A stretch of 64,000 nt of DNA from Octopus vulgaris (GCA_951406725.2 OX597817.1:24862001-24926000); one strand, 5' to 3'; positions 1 to 12,947 are shown, numbered from the stretch's first letter. Numbers and translations: made by a program. Notes: generated by a model from the sequence alone, not told the origin.

Positions 1-126
1 TGAAGACACCAAAACAGAAATGGCTAAGAAAGCCCGAATTGGCATCTATAAGGGAAGTAACTCTCTAAAAATGCTTATATAGTTATTTCCCTTACAAACC
101 CGAGCAACGCCGGGCGATACTGCTAG
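1..126 (+). mobile_element. 3' end of a non-autonomous Helitron (continues off the left edge)
   Basis: Hairpin cccg-agcaacgc-cggg (99-114) followed by CTAG (123-126) and then T. The terminal ~60 bp match the reverse complement of the element at 35735. Confidence 0.8.
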
Positions 127-469
127 TTGGGTATAAAATGACACATATACGCGACTGGCAGACAAAGAGCTTTGGGATGTAGCAGAGGGAGAACACGACC
201 AGCAAGGCACACGGGTGACGAACGGACACGGGCAGCGTCAGAAGCTCGCTAATATCATCGTGTCGAACTATCCATAACAATACAAACGACTAACTTCTTT
301 TACAATAACATCCAAAATCTCTCAACCAGAAATAAAGTTTGTTCGTAAAATCCCCAAACAGATTTAGGTGGTGCAGGTCGTTATTGAGTCACCTAATATG
401 ACTCTCAGAAAGTGGTAATTTCGGGTTAAACTAAAGCGTTAAACCCGGTCAAAAAAAACAAAAAAAATT

Positions 470-1420
470 TTGTGTAACAGGCGTAAAACAACTTCCTCTA
501 AACGAATATGAAAATAAATGCGCGCACGCGAAAGGGGAGTGGGGGAGAGGCCTCGGAAAATTCACATCGGGAATTTCCGAAAGCGTCTGAGGGGTTGACC
601 CGGGCTCCAAAACAAAAGAAAATATAGTGTAATATGTGTAAAACAACTTGCTCTAAACGAATATGACAAAAAAAAATGCGCACTCGCGAAAGGGTGGGGG
701 GTGGGGGAGAGGCCTCGGAAAATTTACATCGGGAATTTCCGAAAGCGTCTGAGGGGTTGACCCGGGCACCAAAACAAAAGAAAATATAGTGTAATATGTG
801 TAAAACAACTTGCTCTAAACGAATATGACAAAAAAATGCGCGCACGCGAAAGGGGGGTGGGGGAGAAGCCTCGGAAAATTCACATCGGGAATTTCCGAAA
901 GCGTCTGAGGGGTTGACCCGGGCACCAAAACAAAAGAAAATATAGTGTAATATGTGTAAAACAACTTGCTCTAAACGAATATGACAAAAAAAATGCGCGC
1001 ATGTGAAAGGGGGGTGGGGGAGAGGCCTCGGAAAATTCACATCGGGAATTTCCGAAAGCGTCTGAGGGGTTGACCCGGGCACCAAAACAAAAGAAAATAT
1101 AGTGTAATATGTGTAAAACAACTTGCTCTAAACGAATATGACAAACGAAATGCGCCCTCGCGAAAGGGGGGTGGGGGAGAGGCCTCGGAACATTTACATC
1201 GGGAATTTCCGAAAGCGTATGACCCGGGCACAAAAACAAAAACAGTGTGTAACAATAGGTGTAAAACAACTTGCTCTAAACGAATATGATGAAAAAAATG
1301 CGCGCTCGCGAAAGGGGGGTGGGGGAGAGACCTCGGAAATTTCAAATTTTCAGTCCACGGCCTTTAAACTAAGAAAAAAATAGTGTAATTGGTGTAAAAC
1401 TACTTGTTCTAAACGATTAT
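470..1420. repeat. Tandem array of a ~157-bp GC/CpG-rich unit, about 6 copies with degenerate edges
   Basis: gtaaaacaacttgctctaaacg recurs at about 483, 638, 800, 956, 1113, 1261 and 1393. Confidence 0.95.
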
Positions 1421-2327
1421 CAAGAACACACACTCACACATGAATCATAAACTCCGTATTTTTGTACGTATTTCGCAAAAAAAGAAAAAAAAAAAAAAAA
1501 AGAGAAGAAATTCTGGAAAAAGTGAAGATAATTTCGATGGTAGTAAACCCGGACGGAAAATACATACGAGCAATGTTTATTTGTGGCTACACATACATAC
1601 ACAATGGAATGACAAACAGAATGGTTGGTGTGTAAGGGCCATGGCCTTCTACGCTATGGTCCTATCTGCTAGCTGACCTGTAGCATAAGATAGAGCCAGA
1701 CAAGTTATGTCCTCAAAGTTTGTGTGTCCATGCATAAACAGAGAAAGAGATGAGCTCAAGTGTCTGAAACTCAATGTTGTGTAACGCCCTCTCGCAGTAT
1801 GGCCAGCTTAGTTACCCACTGTCAAGGGGGGTAATGCACCTGTATGTTCAACTGTTGAGCCCCCAACGCTAAAAATAACAGCCAACTCCCAATATCAGCA
1901 GTCATGTACAGCGCGTAGCAGTTAGTAAATCAGCTCAAGTACAAATAGCAACAGTGCTTTCTACGTTTCCAAACTTCCAGACCTCACCTTTACACCGAAT
2001 ATTGCCTTGTTTTCAACACATAATATCACCGACTTATTGACAGCTCTCTCTCTTTCTCTCTCTTCCTATCTCCCCTTCACTAACAAACATGAATGATATC
2101 TTGCCATGCTTGAAATAACTCCAGAACTAATGCTTGCTATCTCTTCCCATTTACATGCATGCACATCTTTAATAATATGTTTCGCATTGTTGCTCTTCTC
2201 TCCTGTGTTTGCTTTGTCCGTATAATGCGACAGACAGCAGCATATTGGTCGTTCGTTTCTCAAATGTAAACAAATCACAGAAATACTTTCTTTTCTGCTG
2301 GTCAGAATTAAACGCATGTAAACTTAC

Positions 2328-2549
2328 CTTCTGTTCGATGATACAAACGTATTTTTTCCATTGTTTCAATTGTAAACATATTGGAATATCGTAATTTCTA
2401 TTGCGTAAACTTTTGTTAGAATCTTCGCTATTGCTACATTCATCTGCTATTATGTCCATCTGTGGCAAAGTATGAAGAGTTTCTAACATAAGTTTGTTGA
2501 ATAAAACAATCATGTTTTTGGTCAAGCTTGTGTTTTGAAATTGGCATAC
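2328..2549 (-). CDS. Possible host-gene internal exon (74 codons, phase 0), product unknown
   Basis: Minus strand reads ttttacag|GTATGC...CAGAAG|gtaagt. The 222 bp are open: VCQFQNTSLTKNMIVLFNKLMLETLHTLPQMDII...KKYVCIIEQK. No homology recognised and no partner exons found. Confidence 0.3.
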
Positions 2550-2561
2550 CTGTAAAAGATG

Positions 2562-2822
2562 GGTACTACTTGAGAACAGTGGTCCAGGTGCGCGCACTCG
2601 CGTACTCACGCATCCGCGCTAGCTAGTCGTGACTAGTCGATCCTACAACGACTACCTAGCAAAGTAAATAAAACACAAAATAAATAATTTTTTTACACAA
2701 AGTAAATAATTTTTTAAATAAAGCAAATAACACAAAAACACAAAGTAAGGATCGACTAGTCATGATTAGGTAGCGCGAGTACGCGAGTGCGCGCACCGGG
2801 CCCACTGTTCTCAAGTAGTACC
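2562..2822. mobile_element. Mutator/MULE-type MITE
   Basis: ~80-bp terminal inverted repeats starting ggtactacttgagaacagtgg, with a perfect 9-bp TSD taaaagatg (2553-2561 and 2823-2831). Confidence 0.9.
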
Positions 2823-3199
2823 TAAAAGATGTTTATAATTGCTGTTTCATAATTTAACCTGATTTAGTCTGCTTCAACGTCCTATGCTATTACTATACAT
2901 ACACAACATACAATTTAATGACGATCCAACCAATTGGCATGATTAGAAGTTTTGTGTGAAAATAAAAATTTCACACTCCTTAAATGGATACATTAGGGAT
3001 CTAGAGATCTGTTTCTTAGAAAATGTAAAAGTGTGTTTCGGGGTTTGAATCAGTTCCGCCATATTCCCAGTATTGCCGATCCAAAATTTTAAAAAGCATT
3101 ATTTCACGAGATAAATGCACTAAAAAGTAAAAGTGAAAAATTACCAAAAAGTGAAAAATACCAAAAAACGAAGCACTCAAGCAAAATATCACGTAAATA

Positions 3200-3599
3200 G
3201 ATGGCTGTGTGGTAAATAGCTTGCTAACCAACCACATGGTCTCGGGTTCAGTCCCGCTGCGTGGCACCTTGGGCAAGTGTCTTCTACTATAGCCTCGGGC
3301 CGACCAAAGCCTTGTGAGTGGATTTCGTAGACGGAAACTGAAAGAAGACTGTCGTATATGTGTATATATATATATGTATATGTGTGTGTCTGTGTTTGTC
3401 CCTCCAACATCGCTTGACAACCGATGGTGGTGTGTTTACGTCCCCGTAACTTAGCGGTTCGGCAAAAGAGACCGATAGAATAAGTACTGGGCTTACAAAG
3501 AATAAGTCCTGGGGTCGATTTGCTCGACTAAAGGTGGTGCTCCAGCATGGCCGCAGTCAAATCACTGAAACGAGTAAAAGAGTAAAGAGAGAGTAAAGA
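3200..3599 (+). mobile_element. tRNA-derived SINE family A (CORE-like body, internal (TA)n/(TG)n, gagtaaaa tail)
   Basis: A-box tggctgtgtggtaa, B-box gggttcagtccc and CORE-like ggcaccttgggcaagtgtctt. About 20 full or partial copies occur in the window. Confidence 0.9.
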
Positions 3600-5331
3600 A
3601 ATTAAATTCAGACGCTTAACTTGACTAGATCTGACACATTTTCCTGTCATTTTCGACTATGCTTTCTGCGCCTTAATTTGCAGCCATTGACCAGTTTCTT
3701 ATATGCGAACTCACTTGAGTCACGTTGTTCATACAATGAGTTTACCTGGCAGCAATTCATCATCTTTGCTTGCTTACAACAATTACACATGGCCACAGTA
3801 CCTCATTAGGCCTCAACATTTCCTTTAAGACACCTCAAGACACATCAGCCAATTAAGTATGCACCAACCTATTACATTTGAATTGTTACAAATGAAATAA
3901 ATAAAAATAGTGTATTTATGAAAGCTGTATATAATAATTTTCTATTACATTTCTGTTGATTGCATATGGTAATGATACTTTATTCCTCCATTTATTGACA
4001 GTGAATATGAATATTATCAAATCATTTACATTTTGTTAATGCTTTTTCACATGTATTTGCATTCTGTAATTTGTATGTAAATTTTGCTGCAATTGTGGCT
4101 GATCTGTTCATCGTTTTTAACTTCCTCATTGGTAGGTGACTCTCTGCAGTGAGGCCTAGGATTCGAAATTATTTCTCCAATTTATCAAGCTGCTACCGCA
4201 ATTGAAACATACAATTACCACATGCAATTCTATTTATTGACCAATCAACTTAAAAGAGATTATGCAACGAAGTCATCCCATTTCAATACATTTAAGATTT
4301 TCACCCATTATAAGAGGTTTGGTGCTAATAATCTTGGCAGAAGTTGAGAACAGCTAGGGAAGACATTTCTCAATTCTAACCACAAGCAAGCCAGAACAAT
4401 CGCTGTGGTTGAGTGACTCTCCAGAAAGCAATACATGATTCTCGGTATCAGTGTGACCATATCATGAAGAATCACTTGTCTATAATGCACTTCTCTATAC
4501 GAGTACTATAAACTCGGTTTCCTCACCTCTCTCCATTCAAATGAAGAGCAAAGACTTGAGTTGATTCAGTTAAACCCACATCTCAAACATTCTAGACCAA
4601 TTCATACTTGTCTCTTGAGTAAATCATAAATGACTGTAGAATTTAGACCCTATGAAAGTCGATCCCTTTGCCCTAAATCTCCAAACAGTGAGTATTTGAT
4701 CATTCACATATATTCTTTTATTTCTTTAGTCTTATACGTGTTTCAGTCATTTGACTGCGGTCATTCCTTAAATAAATATATTACAAAATGTACATGTGTT
4801 TTCTTTGTTTACAGCACAGTCTACAACTTCAATGAAATAAAGTTTAGATAACAAAATATTATAGCAATAGAAGAAAGAACAAAATGCTTATCACTAAATA
4901 GGCTTAAGTAGTCATTGATGTTTTTCGTTGTTATTATGTTACATGTCAGTTCAGATGGAGAAGATTGTACATCCTATCCTTTGAGACATACACAAACACA
5001 GGTGGAACAGGTTATATTCCCTTTGTAATCATTAATCTGAAATTTAGAAACTGTATTTAGAAAATATATTATGTCACAATAATAATTTAAAAAGGACTGA
5101 ATATGAAGAGAGAGGCATACAAACATATACAAATATACATGTATAGACAGGCATGAAAATTCTCACCTCTTCTCACAAATAGATGTTCAGTTTGAATATG
5201 GGTACAACATATTTTACCCTTCTAACAATCAGTTTGAGGATCTAGGAAAGAGTTATAAGTGATATCTTATGAAATGTATAAAAGAGCCTTATACACATCT
5301 ATATGCGTACATATACATATATATATATATA

Positions 5332-5565
5332 CCGGAGTAAACACATAAATGTGAAAACAAGGTGGAAAAAAGAGTACTCAAATACCAGTGGTAGAGTAAT
5401 ATGCTTTATTTAAAGCAGCAGAAAATTCAACAAAACCTGTTACTCTGAGTTTCCCGTTCCCGTTCGTCGGACAGTTTTTGCTAGAAAAAACTGTTCGACG
5501 AACGGGAACGTGAAACTCAGAGTAACAGGTTTTGTTGAATTTTCTGCTACTTTAAATAAAGTATA
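5332..5565. mobile_element. Penelope-like element terminus with ~80-bp inverted arms, embedded in (TA)n
   Basis: Arms at 5400-5479 and 5486-5565 are reverse complements and each carries an HHR-like motif. A related copy lies at 60817-61085. Confidence 0.7.
5491..5528 (+). ncRNA. Minimal type I hammerhead-like motif with variant core
   Basis: ctgt-TCGACGA-acg ggaa cgt-GAAA-ctc a gag-TA-acag. Stems I, II and III can pair. The opposite arm has core CCGACGA. Confidence 0.55.
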
Positions 5566-6011
5566 TATATATATATATATATATACTTGTGTGTGTGTGT
5601 ATAATATATATTGTACATGTATATATATACTTGTGTGTGTGTGTATAATATATACTGTACATGCATGTATATATGTGTGTATAAAATACAGTTACACAAT
5701 ATTCACACACATGCAATGCAAGTATCAAGTTAGTTGTACATAAAGCTGAAGTACTTGGAAAGAAGTGCATCGATATGTATAAAGGTGATTTCAAGGGAAC
5801 ATTTTACAATCCCAGCTCATAATTTAAGCATAATGTAAAAAATATATTAGGTGAGTGACAGCAGAATTACTTACAACATAAAATGGAAGGTCGTAGAGAT
5901 ATCAATTTAATAAACAAACCAATAAAAAGAAAATGCAGCTTCTGTATCGCAGAAGAAAACACATTCCATTAGATTCCAGGAGAGTTCTTTCAAGATATAT
6001 CTATCAAGATC

Positions 6012-6265
6012 ATGTAAAGTATAAAAGCCATCTCAATATGGCTAACCACAAAGTGGGGGTGTTACTGTAGCTTTTTAGCCCCAGGAGATCATCGTCTCCA
6101 GCTGGCTTTAAACACTTTCTGTGCCCTTGAAGTATTTGCAAATACTTCAAGGGCACAGAAAGTGTCTAAAGCCAGTTGGAGACGATGATCTCCTGGGGGT
6201 AAAAAGCTACAGTAACACCCCCACTTTGTGGTTAGCCATATTGAGATGGCTTTTATACTTTACAT
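6012..6265. repeat. 254-bp near-perfect palindrome without spacer
   Basis: Runs atgtaaagtataaaagcc ... ggcttttatactttacat, centred at agtatttg|caaatact (6138/6139), with only a few mismatches. Confidence 0.95.
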
Positions 6266-8025
6266 TGTCGAGCAGTTACTGTTTATATCTCGCTCTGAGA
6301 TTTAATAATGTTTATCAAGATCAGTTTACAATAATTGGAAGGTATCTCCAACATTAGGATGACTACACCACAATTCTCCAGGCCAACCCTCTGTTTGTAC
6401 ACTGAACATACACACTAAACTTTCTCTATGTCCACATGTCTGCTTTCTTTGCCAACAATTTTGGACATACCACCATACCACTAAAACTAAAATCCATCAA
6501 ACATTGACAATAAAACCCTGCACAATACATGCACTAACAATAGCTACAAACCCTCAACTAAATTTGGCACAATATAAGATGTTAACAAAATACTTTTTCC
6601 TCTATTCAAGAAACGTATTTTAAGTTTTAAAATATACTAATTGCTAGTGATTCAGGGATTTAAGCTACATCTTAAAATGTTGAGTTGCTTTCAGGCAATG
6701 AGTTTTCTTAAAAAATCTTATGCTACCAGTAGTTATTTTGAAGACAATCTTGAAGATTGCAGGAATAAGGATATGATGGTGTCACTTTGATCTAAGTCAA
6801 GTTAAAGATCGTCCATTAAACATGAAAATTAAGTAGCTTCATCTCAAATAGAAGTAACATATAAGTTATTTTATATAAAATAGTAATAAATCACAAATGT
6901 ATGTTGCTGAAACTATCAACAAACTAACAGTGTACTGTCTGTCTGTATGTATTAAAATAAACCGTTTTTTCCACTTGCTTTGGCCTACAGTTTGAAATGA
7001 GTTTTTAGTTGTCTCTATTCAGCCCATAATACATAGTTTAAGCTTCACTGTAACCACAAAGCCAAACCTGGTTCACACCTCAGAACAATGAAGTGAAACA
7101 CTATGAAGATAAAGGCATAAGAGAAGTGAAGTTAGAAAGCGCAAAAACATAGCTAGTTCAGAAGTGCAGAGTTTATCATAGATGAGAAAAGAAATAGCAA
7201 ACAAGCATTTGAAGTGTTTTGGTGATTAAATCTTTTCAAAATGGTCAATTGAATTTTTTGAAGGTAGTGATGTTAATATGTGTAATACTAGCTGGAGTAC
7301 GATACCACAGATATTAGATCTTGGGAACTCTATCTATTGTGATTGTTGCATATCCGTTCTCTCCCATATTGTCTGAAGGACTATATACAAAATGCAATTC
7401 ACTTTAACCAAATCCCTTGCAGAGGCAAGTTGTCACAATTTAAGTAACCAAAGCAAAATAATCTCATGTTCTTGCCCACATTTATCTTTCCATACGGATA
7501 TCTCTTCATGATATCGATACTTTCATTGCGTAAGTTCCCTCTCCTGGTATACAAATAGTATATTTCAAATGTTTTATACTCTATGAAACACTTGTGCATT
7601 ATTTACCACATGAGAATACCATCATATATATAAATGTGAGATCTTTAATACATACATAAATAGATACACACACATACACACATAAACATATACTCATAAG
7701 CACAAAGTTTTATATATATATATACACACATTTGTGCATGTGTATGTATGCAGCTTTCTGCTTTGCTCTCTTTATTCATTTAGACATGCATATTTGTACA
7801 CACACACATATATTATTGTTGGCAGTACTTCACTGTTGTAAGATTATTCATGTATGCATATATGTGTGTGTATGTATGTTTATATATACACACACACACA
7901 CACAACTAAATGTATGCTTTTTTGAATGCAGCTTTCTCCCCTCTTTCTCATCATTTGCATATAAATGCATATGTGTATGTATACATCTGTAATGTTTGGT
8001 GGTATCACACTGGTGTGAAATAGCA

Positions 8026-8066
<41 letters not shown>

Positions 8067-8182
8067 GTGTTTGTATGTATGTATATTATATATGTGTTTG
8101 TATCTATGTATTTATGTATGTATACGGGTACATACATACATATTCATGAATATATATGTGTGTGTATCTATGAATGTATGTA

Positions 8183-8232
<50 letters not shown>

Positions 8233-10083
8233 CACATTTGCATGTGTGTGCACGAATCTGTGTGAAATGTGTATGAGAGAGAGAGATATTGGTAAGAGTT
8301 TGAATTCTCAGTTTAACTGCAAGATTACTTTTATAGAGAATTTTTATTTTGCAGTTTTACTATGGAAGTTTTCAATGCTTTTTTTTTCCTTCATAGCTGA
8401 AACGTCTTTCTACTTTGAAAATGGGTTGATCCCATTAGAATATTTGCTATACCATAAAATGATTTATTATTTTCTAGAGCTCTAAGTAGAAGACTTCGAC
8501 TTTATTGTTTTCTACTCTCTTTCTCCCTTTCTTTTCTTTTCTAACTAATCAAACTTCAGTTGTTATAGATCTCAAGGAAAAATGTCAAATTAAACTATAA
8601 ATCACTGCCAAGATGATATTATTGCGAATTTATACAACAGTTAGGAAGTATAAGCCTAAGAGTATATTTATAAGGGGCTAGCTCATTTCTTAATTTAGAA
8701 ATTGTTTTTATAGATCTGCATTCTCTGCAAAGAATGGAAAAACCATCAAAAGGATCTAGAAGAGAAGAATATATAAAAATAAAAAAAAAGGAAAAAATAA
8801 TAATAAAATAGCAACAACAAAAAAAAGAAACGAAAACAATAAAAATAACAACAATTATAACAATACAATAACAACAACGAGATGTAAAGTGAGCTGAAAT
8901 CATTTCCATCCACAATAGTCTAAGGTTAAGAAACCAAACTGTTATGTCTTTAAAATATCAAACAGAGAACCAGCTATTCATAAGATTGACGGCTCTTAAG
9001 ATTGACAGCTGAATTACATCACTTCTTGCTTCTCAGTATTAAATTGTTTCAGGAATATGGGAGCACATAGAAGCCAAAAAAGCAATAATAGCAAAGGCAA
9101 CAAAAATATATAAAAACAGAATGTAAGATATTATATTCTTTGAATAAACATCTAACAGTTTAGTTATGCCTTTGGTTATGGTTTAGCATAGTCAGTTGAT
9201 ATTTGTTGAATTCCTATCCTTATTGTTAATGTTACCCATTCACAGGAAACAGCAGCATATTATTATTATTATTATTATTATCATTATTAATGTGGTGAGC
9301 TGGTAGAATCGTCAGCATGCTGGATGAAATGTTTAGCAGTATTATATCTGTCTTTACATTCTGAGTTCATATGCCGCTAGGGTCGATTTGCCTTTCATCC
9401 TTTTGAGGTCAATGAATTAAGTACCAGTGAAATTCTGGGGGTTGATGTAATCAACTAGTCCTCTCCCCAAAACTTCGAGCCTTGTGCCTATCATAGAAAG
9501 AATTATTATAATCATTATTATTATGATTATTGTTAAGGTGGCTAGCTGCCAGATTCGTTAGCACACAGGGTGAAATGCTTAGTGGTATTTCGTCTGCTGC
9601 TATGTTCTGAGTTCAAGTTCCACTGAAGTCGACTTTGCCTTTCATCCTTTTGGGGTTGATAAATTAAGTACCAGTCAAGTACTGGGGCCAATATAATACT
9701 GGCAGAATGGTTAGCATGGCAGGCAAAATGCTTAGCGGTATTTCATCTGCTGCTACATTCTGAGTTCAAATTCCACCGAGGTTGACTTTGCCTTTCATCA
9801 TTTCAGGGTTGATAGATTAAGTACCAGTTGAGTACTGAGATTGGTGTAATCAGTTATCCCCCTCCCCACAAAAATCAAGGCTTTGTACCTACAGTAGAAA
9901 GGATTATTATTTCTCTTTATCACAGGTTTTGTTAGAACTCCAGGAGTCTTGCATGCATAGTGGGTTTGCTACCTGCAGCCTACAGTACCATGCTATCCAT
10001 TCTTTTCAGCTATCTAATACTTTCCTGATTATTTTGGCCATGCCAAGGAGGCAAACCTTTTGTATTATCATTATTATTTTTTT

Positions 10084-10793
10084 TGTCGGGTTGAGTAGCC
10101 CATACCACTCTTCCCTGAATAAGGGTTGTTTTCAGAGGTGAATTATTCAAACCCCAAAGAATTCCTCTCAACACATGGCTATGATGCTCCCCCACTACTT
10201 CCGCTCATGATCTGAAATGCACATATCATCAGCCACTAAGGGACATGCTCAACTGATTAAGGTCAAACAACTGACAAGCAAATCTGTGCTATTAAGCAGA
10301 ATGTTTGCTGTAGCCCATCTTCTATATCAAAACAAAACAATGTATCCTCTGTGTGAAAAGTCTGGCTGCATACACGTTAGCATATGTCAGGTGCATACAA
10401 TTGACAACACAGTTAATTAAGATTTATTCACTGAGTTCTATTCAACACATGTTTACACGTGGAATTAGCAGAAACATTATTAACTTTAGATGGCTTGCAG
10501 GCGAGGTGAACAAATTTGTGAGAGAGATAGACTGGCAATACTTCTACGCTACCAGCAAATTAAAGATGGGGTCGCAAATGAAACAGTGAGGGATCTTTGC
10601 AATGCCTTTCAAGTAGACTTCAATATACCAGCCCCAAATTTATAAAAATGCAACGCTTCATGTTTATTTTTGTTTCATAATATATATTTTTTCGAATGCA
10701 GCCAGACTTTTCAGACAGAGGTACATGATAACACTTTCAATCAGCTCGGATCAAAAGCCATGAGTGTCACTGCCTGGTACTGCATCAGGGCAT
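10084..10793. mobile_element. Partial copy of unclassified (ATT)n-associated element D, interrupted by a MITE
   Basis: Matches 11745-12103 once 10345-10721 is removed. Confidence 0.8.
10345..10721. mobile_element. Tc1/mariner-type MITE
   Basis: TIRs cctctgtgtgaaaagtctggctgcat / atgcagccagacttttcagacagagg with a TA TSD. The uninterrupted site is visible in the other D copy (aacaacgTAcatgataac). Confidence 0.85.
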
Positions 10794-11230
10794 TATTATT
10801 AATATCATTATTAAGACAGGGAGCTTGCAGCATGCCGGGTGAAATGCTTAGTGGCATTTCATTTGTCTTTATTTTCTGGGTTCAAATTCCGCCATGGTCA
10901 ACTTTGATTTTATCCTTTCAGTGTCAATAGATTAAATACCAGTAAAACACAGGGGTTGATGTAATCAACTAGCTCCTTTCCCCAAATTTCAGGCCTTGTG
11001 TCTATAGTAGAAAGGATTAGCATTATTATTGAGCTGGAAGAATCATGAGCACACTGGATGAAATACTAAACAGTACTTTGCCTGTAGCTGCGGTCTGAGT
11101 TCAAATTCAACTGAGGTTGACTTTGCCTCTCATCCTTTCGGGGTCGATTAAATAAGTAAGTACTAGTTATGCATAGGACTTGACTATACCCCTCCTTTAA
11201 ATTTCAGGCCTTGTGCTTATCATAGAAAGG

Positions 11231-11265
<35 letters not shown>

Positions 11266-11548
11266 TATTAGTAGTAGTAGTAGTAGTATTAGTATTTTCA
11301 TTATTATTATTTTTATTATTATGAAGGTGGTGAGCTGGCAGAATCATTAGCATGCTGGATGAAATGCTTAGCAGTATTTCACCTATCGCTAAATTCTGAC
11401 ACGGTCAACTTTGCCTTTCATCCTTTCAGAGTCAATAAATTAAGTACCGGTGAAACACTGGGGTCGATGTAATCAACTTATCCTCTCCTCCAAAATGGCT
11501 GCCCTTGTGGAAAAATTTGAAACCATTATTATAATTATAATTATTATT

Positions 11549-12103
11549 GAGTGAGAGAGCAGTGCATGCCATCAAAGTGACACTGGGGTAAAATATACGA
11601 AGCCCAGTATACCCATCATGACTACCTGTCTGATAAGGGTACACTAGGCACATGCATCACAACCATATGTGCGTGACATAGTGATCTCATATCAGGATAA
11701 ACAGCACATGACCTTGCAGGTGGGGCCCTGTTAGAATTTTCTTCTGGTCGAGTAGCCCATCCCGCTCAAAAGGTCCCTGAGTAAGGATTGTTTAAGGATG
11801 TTGAATGAAACACCCATGTTGCCAGAGGTGAATTATCGAAATCCCAAAGAATCCCTCTCAACACACGGCTATGATGCTCCCCCACTACTTCTGCTCGTGA
11901 TCAGAGATGCACATATCACCAGCCACTAAGGGACATTGTCAACTGGTTAAGTTCAAACAACTGACAAGCAAATCTGTGGTATTGAGCATAATATTTGCTG
12001 TAGCCCATCTTTTATACCAAGACAAAACAACGTACATGATAACACTTCCAGTCAGTTCAGATCAATAGCCATGAGAGCCACTGCCTGGTACTGCATCAGG
12101 GCA
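11549..12103. mobile_element. Unclassified ~555-bp non-coding element D inserted in (ATT)n
   Basis: Two copies in the window, both bounded by (ATT)n, with no ORF. Confidence 0.75.
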
Positions 12104-12423
12104 TTTATTATTATTATTATTATTACTATTAGTATTAGTATTTTCATTATTATTATTATTATTATTATTATGAAGGTGGTGAGCTGGCAGAATCATTAGC
12201 GTGCTGGATGAAATGCTTAGCAGTATTTCACCTGTCGCTAAATTCTGAGTTCAAATTCTGACACGGTCAACTTTGCCTTTCATCCTTTCAGAGTCAATAA
12301 ATTAAGTACCAGTGAAACACTGGGTTCAGTGTAATCAACTTATCCTCTCCTCCAAAATGGCTGCCCTTGTGGCAAAATTTGAAACCATTATTAAAATTAT
12401 AATTATTATTATCATTATTATCT

Positions 12424-12889
12424 TTTTTTTTCCTCTTCTTTCAAATTTGCTTCCATTTCTTGCTGAGAGTTTTCCCGACTCCTAGGGCAAAGAAACTCAT
12501 AGTATACATTGGTAGGCCATTAAACTAAACTCACTAGTTCGTTCATTTTTTTTTTTTCAAAGTTAAATTAAAATACATGGGTAGTAATAGTTCTCACATC
12601 AACAATGCTCTTCTCAATACGTGTGATGTACCAGTTAAGACAATCTTTTGCACTTCTTGCAGGGATGGTAAGCCAGGGATCATTCCCATATAATTTTCGG
12701 TTCCCTTCTTGATCATTCCTAGTGCTCGTACGATCACTGGTATTGTAACCGCCTTGAGATGCCACATTTTCTCAATTTCAATGAGCAGGTCTAAATATTT
12801 TCTGAGCTTGTCGAACTCTTTCACTGAGATATTATGATCACAGGGGATCCTCATGTCGATCAATAAGCAAACTTTATTGTTTTGGTCTT

Positions 12890-12892
<3 letters not shown>
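12424..12892 (-). mobile_element. 5'-truncated Dong/R4-clade non-LTR retrotransposon (C-terminal REL endonuclease plus 3'UTR)
   Basis: KVCLLIDMRIPCDHNISVKEFDKLRKYLDL..EIEKMW..VTIPVIVRALG is a restriction-like endonuclease C-terminus. It is flanked by (TAA)n, the known Dong target. Confidence 0.8.

Positions 12893-12947
<55 letters not shown>

Noticed and set aside
449-1383. Long ORFs and CRISPR-like periodicity in the first tandem array
   Set aside because: Whole units repeat with no unique spacers or cas genes, and the ORFs are by-products of the repeat.
3200-3275. tRNA gene-like A/B boxes (also at 15250-15322)
   Set aside because: No full cloverleaf, and they continue into multicopy SINE bodies.
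7399-7599. ORF region with a kinase-like GEGTY in an alternate frame
   Set aside because: A stop follows within 8 codons and no other kinase motifs are present.
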